64,000 bases of DNA. Origin: an uncultured bacterium (GTDB lineage Bacteria; Acidobacteriota; Aminicenantia; Aminicenantales; Saccharicenantaceae). The stretch's first letter is position 1. Every line of letters begins with the position of its first letter. A program made the position numbers and the translations under genes. The DNA lies in contig CAWHBV010000023.1 in assembly GCA_963827635.1 (NCBI GenBank), positions 4,840 through 68,839 of the forward strand, in the 5' to 3' direction. The notes beneath the pieces were generated by a model that was not told the DNA's origin, did no database searches, and worked only from the letters and a program-made list of their open reading frames with translations. Of the stretch, positions 27,357-37,366 are shown piece after piece.

Positions 27357-28504
27357 TCCGCAAGACCGTCGTCGCGGGCCTCGGCGTCGTCCTGGCCGTG
27401 CTGGCCGGGTCGAGCTTCTACCGCAGCCGGCACCTGGCCGAGCCCGTCGTGGCCGGGCCGGGGGTCGCGCGCGTGGCCACGCTCGGCGATTATTTCGAGC
27501 CGGTGAAAGGCACGATCAACGACGCCAACGTCTACGTCCTCGAAGGCCGGGAGCCGGGCGGGACCGTCCTCCTCCTCGGCGGCACCCACCCCGAGGAGCC
27601 GGCCGGGCGCCTCGCCTCCTGGATCTTCGCCGAGAACGCCGAGCTCGCCCAGGGCCGCCTCTTCATCGTCCTGACGGCCAACCGGAGCGGCTCGACCGCG
27701 ACCCGGCTCGGCGGGGCCTATCCGCCCGACTACACCATCCCCACGTCCTGGGGCGGCCAGAAGTTCCGCATGGGCGACCGCTGGTCGAACCCCCTCGACC
27801 AGTGGCCCGATCCCGAGGTCTACCTCCACTACCCGACCCGCCAGGAGCTGGCCTACGTCGACATCCGCAACCTCAACCGGGCCTTCCCGGGCCGGCCGAA
27901 CGGCACGCTGACCGAGCGGACCTGTTACGCCATCGTCGAGCTCATCCGCCGCGAGAAGGTCGACATCGCCATCGACTTCCACGAGGCCGAGCTCCAGTAT
28001 CCGGTCATCAGCACCATCGTCGCCCACGAGAAGGGCGCCGACCTGGCCGCGGCGGCCTCGATGTTCATCAGCAGCGTCGAGGGCTTCGCGATCGGCGTCG
28101 AGAACTCGCCCAAGGCCCTGCACGGGCTGTCCCACCGCGAGATCGGCGACGCCACCGACGCCATCTCGCTCCTGCTCGAAGCCCCGGAGCCCTTCCTCGA
28201 CGCGACGCGCGGGCGGACGGACCGGGCGCTTCTGCTCACGGGCAAGGACGAGTTCGTCGTCCGGGCGGGAAAGAGGGGCCTGCTCTTCGAGAAGATCGAC
28301 GAGACCGGCTGGCCCATCGACATCCGGGTCGGCCGGCACACCTCGACCGTCCTCCAGATCCTGGAGAATTGGTCGGCCGACAAGCCGGACAGGGCCGTCG
28401 TCGTCTCAGGCGTCCCCCGCTACACCGAGGTCGTCGCCAAAGGGACGGGGGCCTTCCTCAAGGACCCCGGGACGGCCCCGGCCGGGAAGCTATTCCACGA
28501 GTAG
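27353..28504 (+). CDS. succinylglutamate desuccinylase/aspartoacylase (AstE/AspA, M14-like) family deacylase
   Basis: 383 aa with an N-terminal anchor. GGTHPEEPAG, NRAFPG and DFHEAE are Zn-ligand-type motifs of this family. Confidence 0.75.
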   Translation: MIRKTVVAGLGVVLAVLAGSSFYRSRHLAEPVVAGPGVARVATLGDYFEPVKGTINDANVYVLEGREPGGTVLLLGGTHPEEPAGRLASWIFAENAELAQGRLFIVLTANRSGSTATRLGGAYPPDYTIPTSWGGQKFRMGDRWSNPLDQWPDPEVYLHYPTRQELAYVDIRNLNRAFPGRPNGTLTERTCYAIVELIRREKVDIAIDFHEAELQYPVISTIVAHEKGADLAAAASMFISSVEGFAIGVENSPKALHGLSHREIGDATDAISLLLEAPEPFLDATRGRTDRALLLTGKDEFVVRAGKRGLLFEKIDETGWPIDIRVGRHTSTVLQILENWSADKPDRAVVVSGVPRYTEVVAKGTGAFLKDPGTAPAGKLFHE

Positions 28505-28530
28505 GCGGCCGGCGGACCGGAGAAACCCGG

Positions 28531-29187
28531 TCAGGCCGCCGTCTTCCGGCCCCGCAGGAACCCGACGAGGGCCAGGATGACGGCCAATCCCAGCAGGATG
28601 CCCAGGATCAGGGTCGTCGACTTCTTGCTGGCGACGGTCTTGTCCAGCTGGGCCGTCAGGGAATTCTTGTCGGCGGTCAGGGCGGCCAGCTTGTTGCTCT
28701 GCTCCTCGGCCGCGGCCTTGAGCGAGGCCTCGGTCTGCTGCAGCGCGGCGATCTCCGCTTCCTTGGCCGTGATCAGGGTCTCCATCTCGGCCACCTTCGT
28801 TTTCAGGTTGCCGATGGCGCCGTTGAGCGACCGGACCTTCTTCTGATAGGAAGCTTCGGTCTCCTTGCCCGCGGCCAGGGCCTTGTCGAGCTCGGTCTTC
28901 TGGCCTTCGAGCGCCGCCAGCTGGTCCTTGAGCGAAGCGGCGGTCGACGCGAGCTGCTTGTTCTCGCTCTGAGCGCCGGAGAGGGCGCTCTGGGTGTCCG
29001 CCAGGCCCTTGTCCAGGGTTTCGTTCTTCTTGGTGAGATCGTCGATGCGCGCGTTGGCCTGGGCCATCTGCTGGGCGTTCTCCTGTTCGACCCTCTCCAG
29101 ACGTTTCTTGGAAACGCAGGCGGTCGACGACAGCAGGAAGACCACGGCGATCGCGAGGCTCAGGACGGCGAGCGTTTTCTTGGACAT
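28531..29187 (-). CDS. coiled-coil lipoprotein with a C-terminal TM anchor
   Basis: Lipobox LLSSTAC, about 150 aa of heptad-like Q/A/E/K-rich sequence, and a C-terminal TM (TLILGILLGLAVILALVGFL). Confidence 0.6.
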   Translation of the reverse strand: MSKKTLAVLSLAIAVVFLLSSTACVSKKRLERVEQENAQQMAQANARIDDLTKKNETLDKGLADTQSALSGAQSENKQLASTAASLKDQLAALEGQKTELDKALAAGKETEASYQKKVRSLNGAIGNLKTKVAEMETLITAKEAEIAALQQTEASLKAAAEEQSNKLAALTADKNSLTAQLDKTVASKKSTTLILGILLGLAVILALVGFLRGRKTAA

Positions 29188-29269
29188 GACTCCTCCCTCT
29201 CCTTCGGAATTTTATCGCGCCATGCGAAATAGGGACGAGTCAGGTGATCCGGGTTTGCCGGACAGGACC

Positions 29270-29299
29270 ATTATCGGGCGAATTCCCCGCCCGTGTCAA
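29270..29299 (-). promoter_or_regulatory. sigma70-type promoter for the coiled-coil lipoprotein gene
   Basis: On the minus strand: TTGACA (29299-29294), 18-nt spacer, GATAAT (29275-29270). Confidence 0.4.
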
Positions 29300-30386
29300 T
29301 CAAAGAAAATTGGGGCGGGCGAAGCCCAGCAGGGCCACGATCGCCAGGATGTAGGCGACGGTGAGGGCGACGAAGGGGAGCGAACCGGACGAGGCACGGC
29401 GGTAGACGGGAGCCGTTGCCGCCGGGGGCCGGCAGGGGCCGGGGGTCCCAAGGCAGGCCGTAGCGCTCGCACAGGCCCTTGACGTTCAACAGATGGATGA
29501 CCGGAACGCCCGCGGCGGCCATGGCCTGGAGGACGCCGCGCTCGGGCGGGGGCGGGACGAAGACGCCTTCCGCAAGCCCCGGCCGGAGCTCGAGCACCCG
29601 GGCGTTCGTGCCGATATTGGCCGTGGAGCCGCCGATGTTGACGAACGCCGCGATCCGCCTCGCACCGGCGCGTTCCTTGTAGATCGCCATCCGCCGGGCG
29701 ACGTTCCGCGCGAGGTCCGGTTCCGCGAGGAACGGGACGTCCCCGGCGCGGAGCCGCGCTTCCAGGGCGGCCCGGCCGGCCGGTTCCATGTCCCGCCCGA
29801 CGTCCCCCTCGCCGCCGACGGCGCGGGCGACGGGCGCAAAGCCCGGGAACGGACCGGAGCGCAGGCATTCCTCCATGTCGAGTCCCATGAAGCCGGGAAC
29901 GTTCGCGCCCCACTGCGACGCGCCGAGCGAGGAGACGACGAGAGGCTCGACCTCCATCGCCGCGGCGGCGGAGAGCGTGGCGACGATGAGCGCCGGGAAG
30001 GAGCTCGAGGCGCCGACGGCCACGGCATCGCCTTTCCCGACGCCCGCTTCGCGGAGGAGCGACACGACCAGGGCCGCGAAGTCCGGGTTCGTCGTCGTCC
30101 GCTTGGCCTCGAGCTGTCCCGAGGAGGTCGTGATCTCCGAACCCTCCACGCCGATGAGGCCCGTTCCGTTGGGGTCGGCCGCGCGGTCGAGGACGATCCC
30201 GCGGGCCGCCCGGCACTCCCGGAGGGCCGCGGTCGCCCGGGCCATCAGCCGCGAGGCCTCGATCATCTCCGCCCGCGCGGCGGGGGCGGGCCCCGGCAGG
30301 ACCCGGAGGAGGGCGAGGTAGACGAGGCTCAGGGCCGCGGCCGCGAAGACGGCGCGGCGGGAACCGTTCGCTCTCCTGATCCTCAC
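29300..30386 (-). CDS. poly-gamma-glutamate system protein (TIGR04332-like); C-terminal TM is in another frame (+1 near 29409)
   Basis: GTG at 30386 overlaps the pgsC stop (GTGA). It has an N-terminal TM and a body conserved with PGA-system proteins. The C-terminal anchor ...VYRRASSGSLPFVALTVAYILAIVALLGFARPNFL (stop 29302-29300) is read only after skipping one base in the GGG run at 29408-29410. Confidence 0.6.
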
Positions 30387-30817
30387 AGCAGCGCCGCCAG
30401 CTTGACCACGGCGAAGGTCAGGGTCGAAACCGCGGCGAGCGAGGCCAGGGTCGGCAGGGGCTTCTGGCGGGCCAGGCTCGAGGCCAGGATGCCGGGCACG
30501 ATCCAGCCGATGACGCGGAGCTCGACCGGGGCCTCGAAGAGCTTCGGCAGGGCGAGAAGCCAGGCCTGCGAGAGGACGGCGCCGACGAGGACCGTCAGCA
30601 CGAAGCGCCGGCGGCCGAAGATGACGAGATGGCGGGACAGGGCCTTGACGGCCGCCCAGGCCAGCAGGGCGACGGCGAGGGTCGCCGCGACGCGCAGGGG
30701 CCGGTCGAGGTAAAGGGCGAAATAGCCGGCGACGACGATGCCGCCGGGCGAGACGTCGGTGAGCTCGGCCCAGACGAGGGCGATGACGAGTCCGACGACG
30801 AGCGTTTCAACGATCAT
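30383..30817 (-). CDS. pgsC: poly-gamma-glutamate biosynthesis protein PgsC/CapC
   Basis: 144-aa membrane protein (MIVETLVVGLVIALVWAELTDVSPGGIVVAGYFALYL...GWIVPGILAS). The start at 30817 overlaps the end of pgsB. Confidence 0.85.
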   Translation of the reverse strand: MIVETLVVGLVIALVWAELTDVSPGGIVVAGYFALYLDRPLRVAATLAVALLAWAAVKALSRHLVIFGRRRFVLTVLVGAVLSQAWLLALPKLFEAPVELRVIGWIVPGILASSLARQKPLPTLASLAAVSTLTFAVVKLAALL

Positions 30818-32022
30818 GGGGTGTCCCCTCGCGTTCCCAGTGACGGACGAGCGATTCGCCCGGGCCGACGAAATTGCCGAGCCCGACGACGACAGGCTCG
30901 CCCGCGACGGCGGCCATGACGCGATCCATGACGGCTTCGGGCGAGCCCCCGGCGGCCGCGGAAAAAACGGTCGTCGCCCGGCGGCTTCGCGCGGCGGAGC
31001 CGCCGCAGGGCCGGCCGGGCCGGCGGCCCGACGAGGACGACGGCCGCGAATTCCCGGAAGAAGCCGTCGCCCGCGGCGCGCACCCATTGGAGCGTCCGGT
31101 CGCCCCGGTCCTCCCTCAACGCGAGAAGCCCGACGAGCGGCCGGCCGGCCCGGGGCAGGCGGCCGAGGACTTCGGCCAGGGCGGCGGCCGACGACTCCGG
31201 CTCGTTGGCGGCGAAGAGGCTGACGCAGGTCGCCGGGCGCGGCGGACGGCCGAAGAGGCCGCGCCGGATCCGCAGGCTTCCGGCGTCCGGGGCCGCGCCG
31301 GCCATGCCTCTATCCGCAGCCGTCCGGTCGACACCCAGGGCGCCGAGGACGGCCCGGGCCAGGCGGATATTGGGCTCGAATTCCCCGAGCGGCGACCGCC
31401 CGGGGATTCCCTCGCCCATTCCCTCTCCCGACTCTTCGCGCCCGACTCGATGGAGCCTCGCCCCGGCGCTCCGGGCCGCATCCGCGAACGCCTCGTGGAC
31501 CTCCTCCTCCGGGACGAACACGTCGGCCCCGTCCGGGACGGCCGAGGCCAGGGTCCGCGCGATCGCGGCCCTGTCCCGGCCCATGTCGTCGAGGTGGTCG
31601 AGCCGGACGTTGGTCACGACAAGCGTCCCGGGCCGGAGAATGCGGCGGGATTCGGCGCGCAGGCACTCCGGGCCGATGCTCATCATCTCGGCGACCAGGG
31701 TGTCGGCGCCGAGCTCCGCGGCCAGGGCGACGAGGCGGACCTGCTCGCGGATCGAGGCCCCGCCCGCCCGCGCGATCACCCGCTCGGAGCCGTCCGGGAG
31801 GATGAGCACGGGCTTCGAGCCGGTCGTTTTGGCCAGGACCCGGGCGCCCGACGCCCTCAGTCCGGCGGCGACGAGCCGGGTGACGCCGGATTTGCCCCTG
31901 GTCCCGGTGACGGCGATCCGCCGCGGCACGCGGCGCCGGGCCCGTTCGAGGCGGACGCGTTCGCGGAGGAGATAGAGAAGGAAGGCGCCGAGCGAAGCCG
32001 TGAAGACGATGAGCGCGCGCGT
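30807..32022 (-). pseudogene. pgsB: poly-gamma-glutamate synthase PgsB/CapB, +1 frameshift in the A6/T6 run at 30962-30967; no canonical start codon for the N-terminal TM
   Basis: RIAVTGTRGKSGVTR (P-loop) and VTNVRLDHLDDMG are present. The C-terminus SPEAVMDRVMAAVAGEPVVVGLGNFVGPGESLVRHWE lies in the next frame. An in-frame TM (ALIVFTASLGAFLLYLL) precedes the GTG at 31929. The only plausible initiator behind the SD GGAGAG (32035-32030) is ACG at 32022-32020. Confidence 0.85.
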
Positions 32023-32052
32023 GGCCGGTCTCTCCGCGGGATCCCGGGACGG

Positions 32053-32706
32053 CTATTTCTTCTTGCCGAGGCCGGCCAGGTCCTGCTTGTACTGTTCGAG
32101 CTCGGCGACGCCGTAGACGTGACCTCGCGGCTGTGGGCCTCGAGCCCGGCGAGATAGCGGTTCCCCGACCCCTGGATGATCTTCCACTGGTAGGGCTGGA
32201 CGAAGACGAAGGTGTACTGGACGAAGTATTTATCGAAAGGATAGACCCAGACCTCGGCCCGGTTGGCGGCGACGTCCTCGTTGGTCCGGTCGGTCGCCGG
32301 GCGCATCTCGCCGGGCATCACACGGGTGCCCCAGCTGGCGTTCTGATCGACGTCGATCGAGGCGGGGCTGCCGTTGAGGAGGAAGATCCGGGAGCGATCG
32401 GTGTTCCACGGCTGCTGGTTGTTCTCTTTCCAGAAGTTCTTCTTGACGTATTCCAGCCGCTCGGCGAAGGTGGCCCGGGCGTCGGCCGTCCGGACGGCCC
32501 AGAAAAGCTCCTGGAAGGCCTTCCGCCCTTCCTCGCTGAGCTTGCGGTAGGCCTTCTTCTCGAAATCCTGCATGATGACGTAGTGCTGGCTGTACCAGGC
32601 GTCCTTCTTCGGGATGGCGGCGGAGGCGCGGCCGGCGAAGGCCAGGACGGAGATCAGGATCGCGCCCAGGGCGCAGGATGTCCGAAGGATCTTGTGGGAT
32701 TTGCAC
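32053..32706 (-). pseudogene. GWxTD domain protein, secreted; frame breaks near 32703 and 32123
   Basis: The SD GGGGAGG and GTG at 32706 are one base out of frame with the signal peptide KSHKILRTSCALGAILISVLAFAGRASA. The body contains NNQQPWNTDRSRIFLLNGSP. The tail HVYGVAELEQYKQDLAGLGKKK (stop 32055-32053) lies in another frame. An alternative in-frame GTG at 32735 has no SD and lies upstream of the predicted -10 (TATACT, 32745-32740). Confidence 0.6.
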
Positions 32707-32798
32707 GATCGGCCTCCCCGTGAAAAGCGTTCCACGTTCAGTATAGGGCACGGGCCCGGGGCCGTCAACACGCGCGCCCGGGCAGCGGCGACGGCGGC

Positions 32799-32827
32799 TT
32801 GACAAACCCGGACGCGGGGCGGACAAT
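32799..32827 (+). promoter_or_regulatory. sigma70-type promoter of VWA paralog A
   Basis: TTGACA (32799-32804), 17-nt spacer, GACAAT (32822-32827). Confidence 0.45.
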
Positions 32828-32871
32828 GACTGCGGAAAGGGTGAGGGAATAGATTCCGTCCGGGAGGACCG

Positions 32872-35113
32872 ATGTCGCATCGCCGCTCTTTCCAAGAAAA
32901 GGCCGCTCTCGGCGCGGCCGCCTTCCTTCTCGCTGCCGGCCTCTTCGGGCCGACGGCCCTCGCCTCCCCGTCGGCTCCACAATCCGGACCGGCGGACACG
33001 CAGCAAGCCCTGACCAAAAAGCCCCAGCACGAAGTCTCCGTCGTTCTCAAGCTCATCCAGGTCTACGTCACGGACAAGAAGGGCCGGCCGGTCGACGATC
33101 TGGCCCTGGGCGATTTCGCGGCCACGGACAACGGGCAACCGGTCGTCCTGACGGAGTTCGAGAGACACGCGCTCGCGGATGTCCCGGCCGGGGAAGGGCT
33201 TCCGGGCGAGGAGGCACCGGCCCCGCAGCGGCCCGGCTCCCCCGACCGGAGAACGGACCCGGCCGCAACCCGCAAGTTCTTCCTTTTCTTCGATTGCGCC
33301 TTCAACAACGCCCGCGGCCTGGTCAAGGCCAAGACGGCCGCCCTGCACTTCCTGGACACGAAAGTATCCCCGGGCGACGAGATCGGCGTTCTCACCTACA
33401 CGATGCTGAAGGGCGTTCGGGTCCACGAGTACCTGACCCGCGACCTGGCCAAGATCCGCGAAGTGGTCGAGGCCATCGGCAGCAAGGACATCGCCGGCCG
33501 GGCCGCGGACCTCGAGCTCCAGTACTGGACCATGGCCCAGGAGCCGTTGCCCGGGGCCGGGGCGACGAACGCGGACATGGTCGCCGCGAACGCGGGGCGG
33601 CCGGTCGTCGACCCGCTCAGGAACTCGCGGCAGGAGGCCAAGCGCCAGGCCCAGAACTTCATCCTGCGGCTGACCGATCTGGCCAAGTCCCTCCGCCTGG
33701 TCCCGGGACAGAAGCACTTCCTCTTCTTCTCGACCGGCGTGCCCGCCTCGCTCGTCTACGGCGGCCAGTCCGGCAATCCGTCCTCGGGCCGGGACCGGGC
33801 CTCCTTCGACCCCGGCGACCGCGTCCTCCGGACCCAGAACGAGGACATGTTCCGCGAGTTCGGCTCCTCCGGATGCGCCTTCTACGCCTTCGACACGCGG
33901 GCCTCGGCCAAGGACACGGACCTTTTCGCTTACGACTCCGCGACCTTCGAGTCGGGCAGGCGCGGCTGGCGACGAACAGGGCGTGTTCCAGGACTCCACG
34001 AACGTCTTCCAGGACGAGAAGACGACGGGTCTCAACTCGCTGAAGCGGCTCACCGACATCACCGGCGGCCGGTACTACGCCAACATCAACATGTACGAGA
34101 AGAACCTCGAACAGGTCCGGACGCTGACCGGCACCTACTACGTGCTCGGCTATTCGTCGAACGAGCGCGAGGACGGCGGCTTCCACGAGGTCAAAGTGAC
34201 GGTCACGCGGCCGGACTGCGAGGTCCGGGCCCAGTCCGGCTATTTCGATCCCAAGCCGTTCGCCGAGATGTCCAGGATGGAGAAGGAGCTCCACCTCTAC
34301 GACCTGGCGCTCAACGAGCGGTCCCTCTCGCGGCTGCCGGTCACGTTCCCGATGGCCGCGCTGGCTTTCCCGTCGGGGGATGGGCTGGGCCTCGAGGTCG
34401 TGGCCGGTCTCCCGGCCGAGGTCACGGGCCGGTTCGCCGGGGCGAAGGTCGAGTTCGTTTCGCTCGTCTTCGACACGAAGAACGACGTCCGCGACGTCCG
34501 CCGGGTCGAGATCGATCCGCGGACGCGCCGCGGCCGGGCCCTGACCTTCCTCACGGGCGTCGTCCTCGAACCGGGCGACTACACGTGCCGGCTGGTCGTC
34601 CGGGACATGGACACGGGCTCGAGCGCGGTGAGCTCGGTCCGGGCCTCGGTGCGGGAACCGCAGTCGGCGACGGGTTTGAGGCTGGGGACTCCCCTTCTTC
34701 TCGACGCGGCGGCCGGGGGGACATTCCTCGAAGCCGGCGCGCCCAAGGGCCGGGCCGTCCTCGCCTGGCGGGAGGCCTACGATTTCGACCGGAGCTTCCT
34801 TGCGCCCGTGGCCGGGACGGTCCCGAGGCTGACGCAGCGGCTCGAGGTCCTCGTGCCCTACGCCGTGCCGGGCACGGCCGAGCCCGAGGTCGTGCTGACC
34901 GCCCGGCTCATCGACGCGGCCAGCGGACAGGCCGTGCCCGTGGGCACGGCCCTCGTCGGCAGGTCCGCGCACGCGGCGACGGAAACGCTGACCATCGACC
35001 TGCCGCTCGCCGGGCTCGCGCCCGGCACCTACCACCTCTACATCAACGCCGAGGACCGGGTCTCCAAGACCATGGCCGGGACCCGGACGACGGTGACGAT
35101 CGCCGGGGACTGA
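32872..35113 (+). pseudogene. VWA-related domain protein (TIGR03436-like) paralog A, +1 frameshift near 33958
   Basis: It has a signal peptide. The N-terminal module (HEVSVVLKLIQVYVTDKKGRPVDDL...TEFERH) and the VWA-like core (FFLFFDCAFNN...LVPGQKHFLFFSTG) are in one frame. The remainder (GVFQDSTNVF...GGRYYANINMYEKNL...YYVLGYS...GDYTCRLVVRDMDTG...TVTIAGD) is in the next frame. Confidence 0.7.
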
Positions 35114-35114
35114 A
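35003..35114 (+). repeat. 112-bp exact repeat, copy 1 (3' end of VWA paralog A)
   Basis: CCGCTCGCCGGGCTCGCGCCCGGCACCTACCACCTCTACATCAACGCCGAGGACCGGGTCTCCAAGACCATGGCCGGGACCCGGACGACGGTGACGATCGCCGGGGACTGAA is identical to 37256-37367. Confidence 0.9.
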
Positions 35115-35145
35115 CAGGGGGGCAACATGTGACCGGAACTCACAG

Positions 35146-35170
35146 GGGAAGGGAAGGGAAGGGAAGGGAA
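35146..35170 (+). repeat. (GGGAA)5 pentanucleotide microsatellite in the 5' leader of VWA paralog B
   Basis: Five perfect GGGAA units end 11 nt upstream of the ATG at 35182. Confidence 0.9.
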
Positions 35171-35181
35171 AAGTTAGTTTG

Positions 35182-37366
35182 ATGCGTCGCGTCATATCGT
35201 ATTTTTTCGCGGCGGCTGTCATCTTCGGCGCGGCCGTCTGGGGCTCGACGGGGCCGGCCGCTCCCTCGCGAGGCCAGGACGCCGGCAAGCCCATCCAGCA
35301 CGAAGTCTCCGTCACGGTGAGGCTTGTCCAGGTCTACGTCAGCGACAAATCGGGGAATGCGATACCTGGACCTGAATAAAGAGGATTTCGTCGTCTACGA
35401 CGACGGAGTGCCGGTGGCTGTGACCGAGTTCGAGCGGCACGTCTCGGGCTCGCCCGCCGTCGCAGAAAGTCCGGAGGCGAGAGTCGCGATCGAGCCCGAA
35501 GTCAAGGGCCTTCTCCCACGCAAATACTTCATTTTCTTCGACTTCGCCTTCAACAGCCCGATCGGCGCCATGGCCGCGGTCAAGGCGGCCCAACACTTCA
35601 TCGACACCGAGGCCGCTCCCGGCGACGAAGTGGCCGTGCTGTCCTATTCGGCGGCGAAGGGCCTCAAGGTCCACGAGTTCCTCACCAACGATCTGGCCAA
35701 AGCGCGCCAGGCCGTGGCCGGGATCAGCGCCAAGGAGATCTCCGGGCGGGCGGAAGAGATCGAGCGGGAGTACTGGGACCTGCGGGGATATACCTCTTCC
35801 GACACTCAGGATCCCTTCCTCAAAGGCGAGAGTCCTGAGGACCGAGGCCGGCCGGCGGCAATCGAAGTACCAGGCCCAGGACTACCTGTCCACTCTGAGT
35901 CGCTCTGGCCAAGGCCATGCGGCTGGTCCCCGGGAGCAAGAGCTTCCTTCTTTTCTCGACGGGGATCCCGACCACTCTCGTTCAAGGCAATCCCGCGATC
36001 GCCCAGGGAACCGGGATGGGCCGAGGCAATGAGTCCCAACCGAGCCAATTCTCCTACGACATGGGCGACCGGACCCTTCAGCCCCTCTGGGAGGACCTGC
36101 TCAAGGAATTCAGCGCTTCCGACTGCCCTTTCTTCGCTTTGGACACGCGGGAGGCGGCCAAGGACACCTCTCTCTTCGGGGCCGATAAAATGGTCGGTGC
36201 GGGCTCCACGACGTCGACCGGCTTCAAATCGGGGCTGCTCGGCACCGACACCACCAATCCGTTCGCCGACGACAAGGTCACCGGCATCGACACGCTCCGG
36301 GCGCTTTCGAAAAGGACGGGCGGAAAATACTATTCCAACATCGGCTCTTATGAAAAGAACCTGGCCGCCGTCGGGGACCTCACCGGCGCTTTCTACGTCC
36401 TCGGCTACTATCCGGCCTCGGCGGAGGACGGCAAGTTCCACCGCGTCAAGGTCGAGGTCAAGCGGAAGGGGGCCCGGGTCATGGCCCCCTCGGGCTTCTA
36501 CGATCCGAAACCCTTCGCAGCGTACACCAAGCTCGAAAAGGACCTCCACCTCTTCGACCTGGCCCTCAACGAGCGGGCCGTCTCGCGCCTGCCGCTCGGC
36601 CTGCCGGTGACCGCGCTCGTCTCCGGGACGGCGGACAGCCCGGGACTCAGGGTCCTGGCCCGGGTCCCGGGCGAGGTCACGGCCCGGTTCACGGGGGAGA
36701 AGATCGAGTACGTGGCCATCGTGTTCGACGACAAGGGCGACATCCGGGACATCCGCCGCGGCGAAGCCGACGCGCGCAGCGGCCGGGGCCGGGCCGTCGT
36801 CTTCGGGGCTTCGGCCGGGCTCGGGCCGGGCGATTACACCTGCCGCGTCGTCGTCAGGGACATGGACACGGGCCTGAGCGCCGTGGGCTCGACGAAGGCC
36901 GCCGTCCGGGCCGCCCGCGGCCCAGGGCCTGCGGCTCTGGACGCCGCTCCTTCTCGCCGAGGAGACCGGGACCGCCCGGGTCGAAGCCGCGGCAGGGAAG
37001 AAAACCAGTCCGCTGCCGTGGGACGAGATCTACGCCTACGACCGGACCGGATTCTCTCCGGCGGCCGGCGAATTCTCCAGGCTCGCCCCGCGGCTCCTGG
37101 TGGTCGTCCCCTACTCGGTTCCAGGCGCCGCCGAGACGGACCTCGCGCTGTCCGCGCGGTTCATCGACGCCGCGAACGGCCGGGCCTTTCCGGCGATCCC
37201 GATCCTCGTCGAAAAGAGCGCCCATCCGGTGGCGTCCTCCATGCTCTTGGAGCTCCCGCTCGCCGGGCTCGCGCCCGGCACCTACCACCTCTACATCAAC
37301 GCCGAGGACCGGGTCTCCAAGACCATGGCCGGGACCCGGACGACGGTGACGATCGCCGGGGACTGA
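35182..37366 (+). pseudogene. VWA-related domain protein (TIGR03436-like) paralog B, four +1 frameshifts (near 35365, 35843, 35904, 36916)
   Basis: The segments MRRVISYFFAAAVIFGAAVWG...HEVSVTVRLVQVYVSDKSGNAI, LDLNKEDFVVYDDGVPVAVTEFERH...ESPED, EAGRRQSKYQAQDYLSTLSR, LAKAMRLVPGSKSFLLFSTG...VVVRDMDTGLSAVGSTKAAVRAA and AAQGLRLWTPLLL...TVTIAGD lie in successive frames. They are collinear with paralog A. Confidence 0.7.

Noticed and set aside
32707-32735. GTG at 32735 as an in-frame start of the GWxTD gene, which would avoid the first frameshift
   Set aside because: It has no SD and lies at or upstream of the position expected for the TSS from the TATACT -10 (32745-32740). GTG 32706 has a perfect SD. 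I keep 32735 as an alternative, and cannot decide without data.
35146-35170. Possible CRISPR array or other spaced-repeat locus
   Set aside because: The only tandem repeats are a 5-unit pentanucleotide microsatellite and two 13-14-bp duplications. There is no repeat-spacer periodicity and no cas genes.
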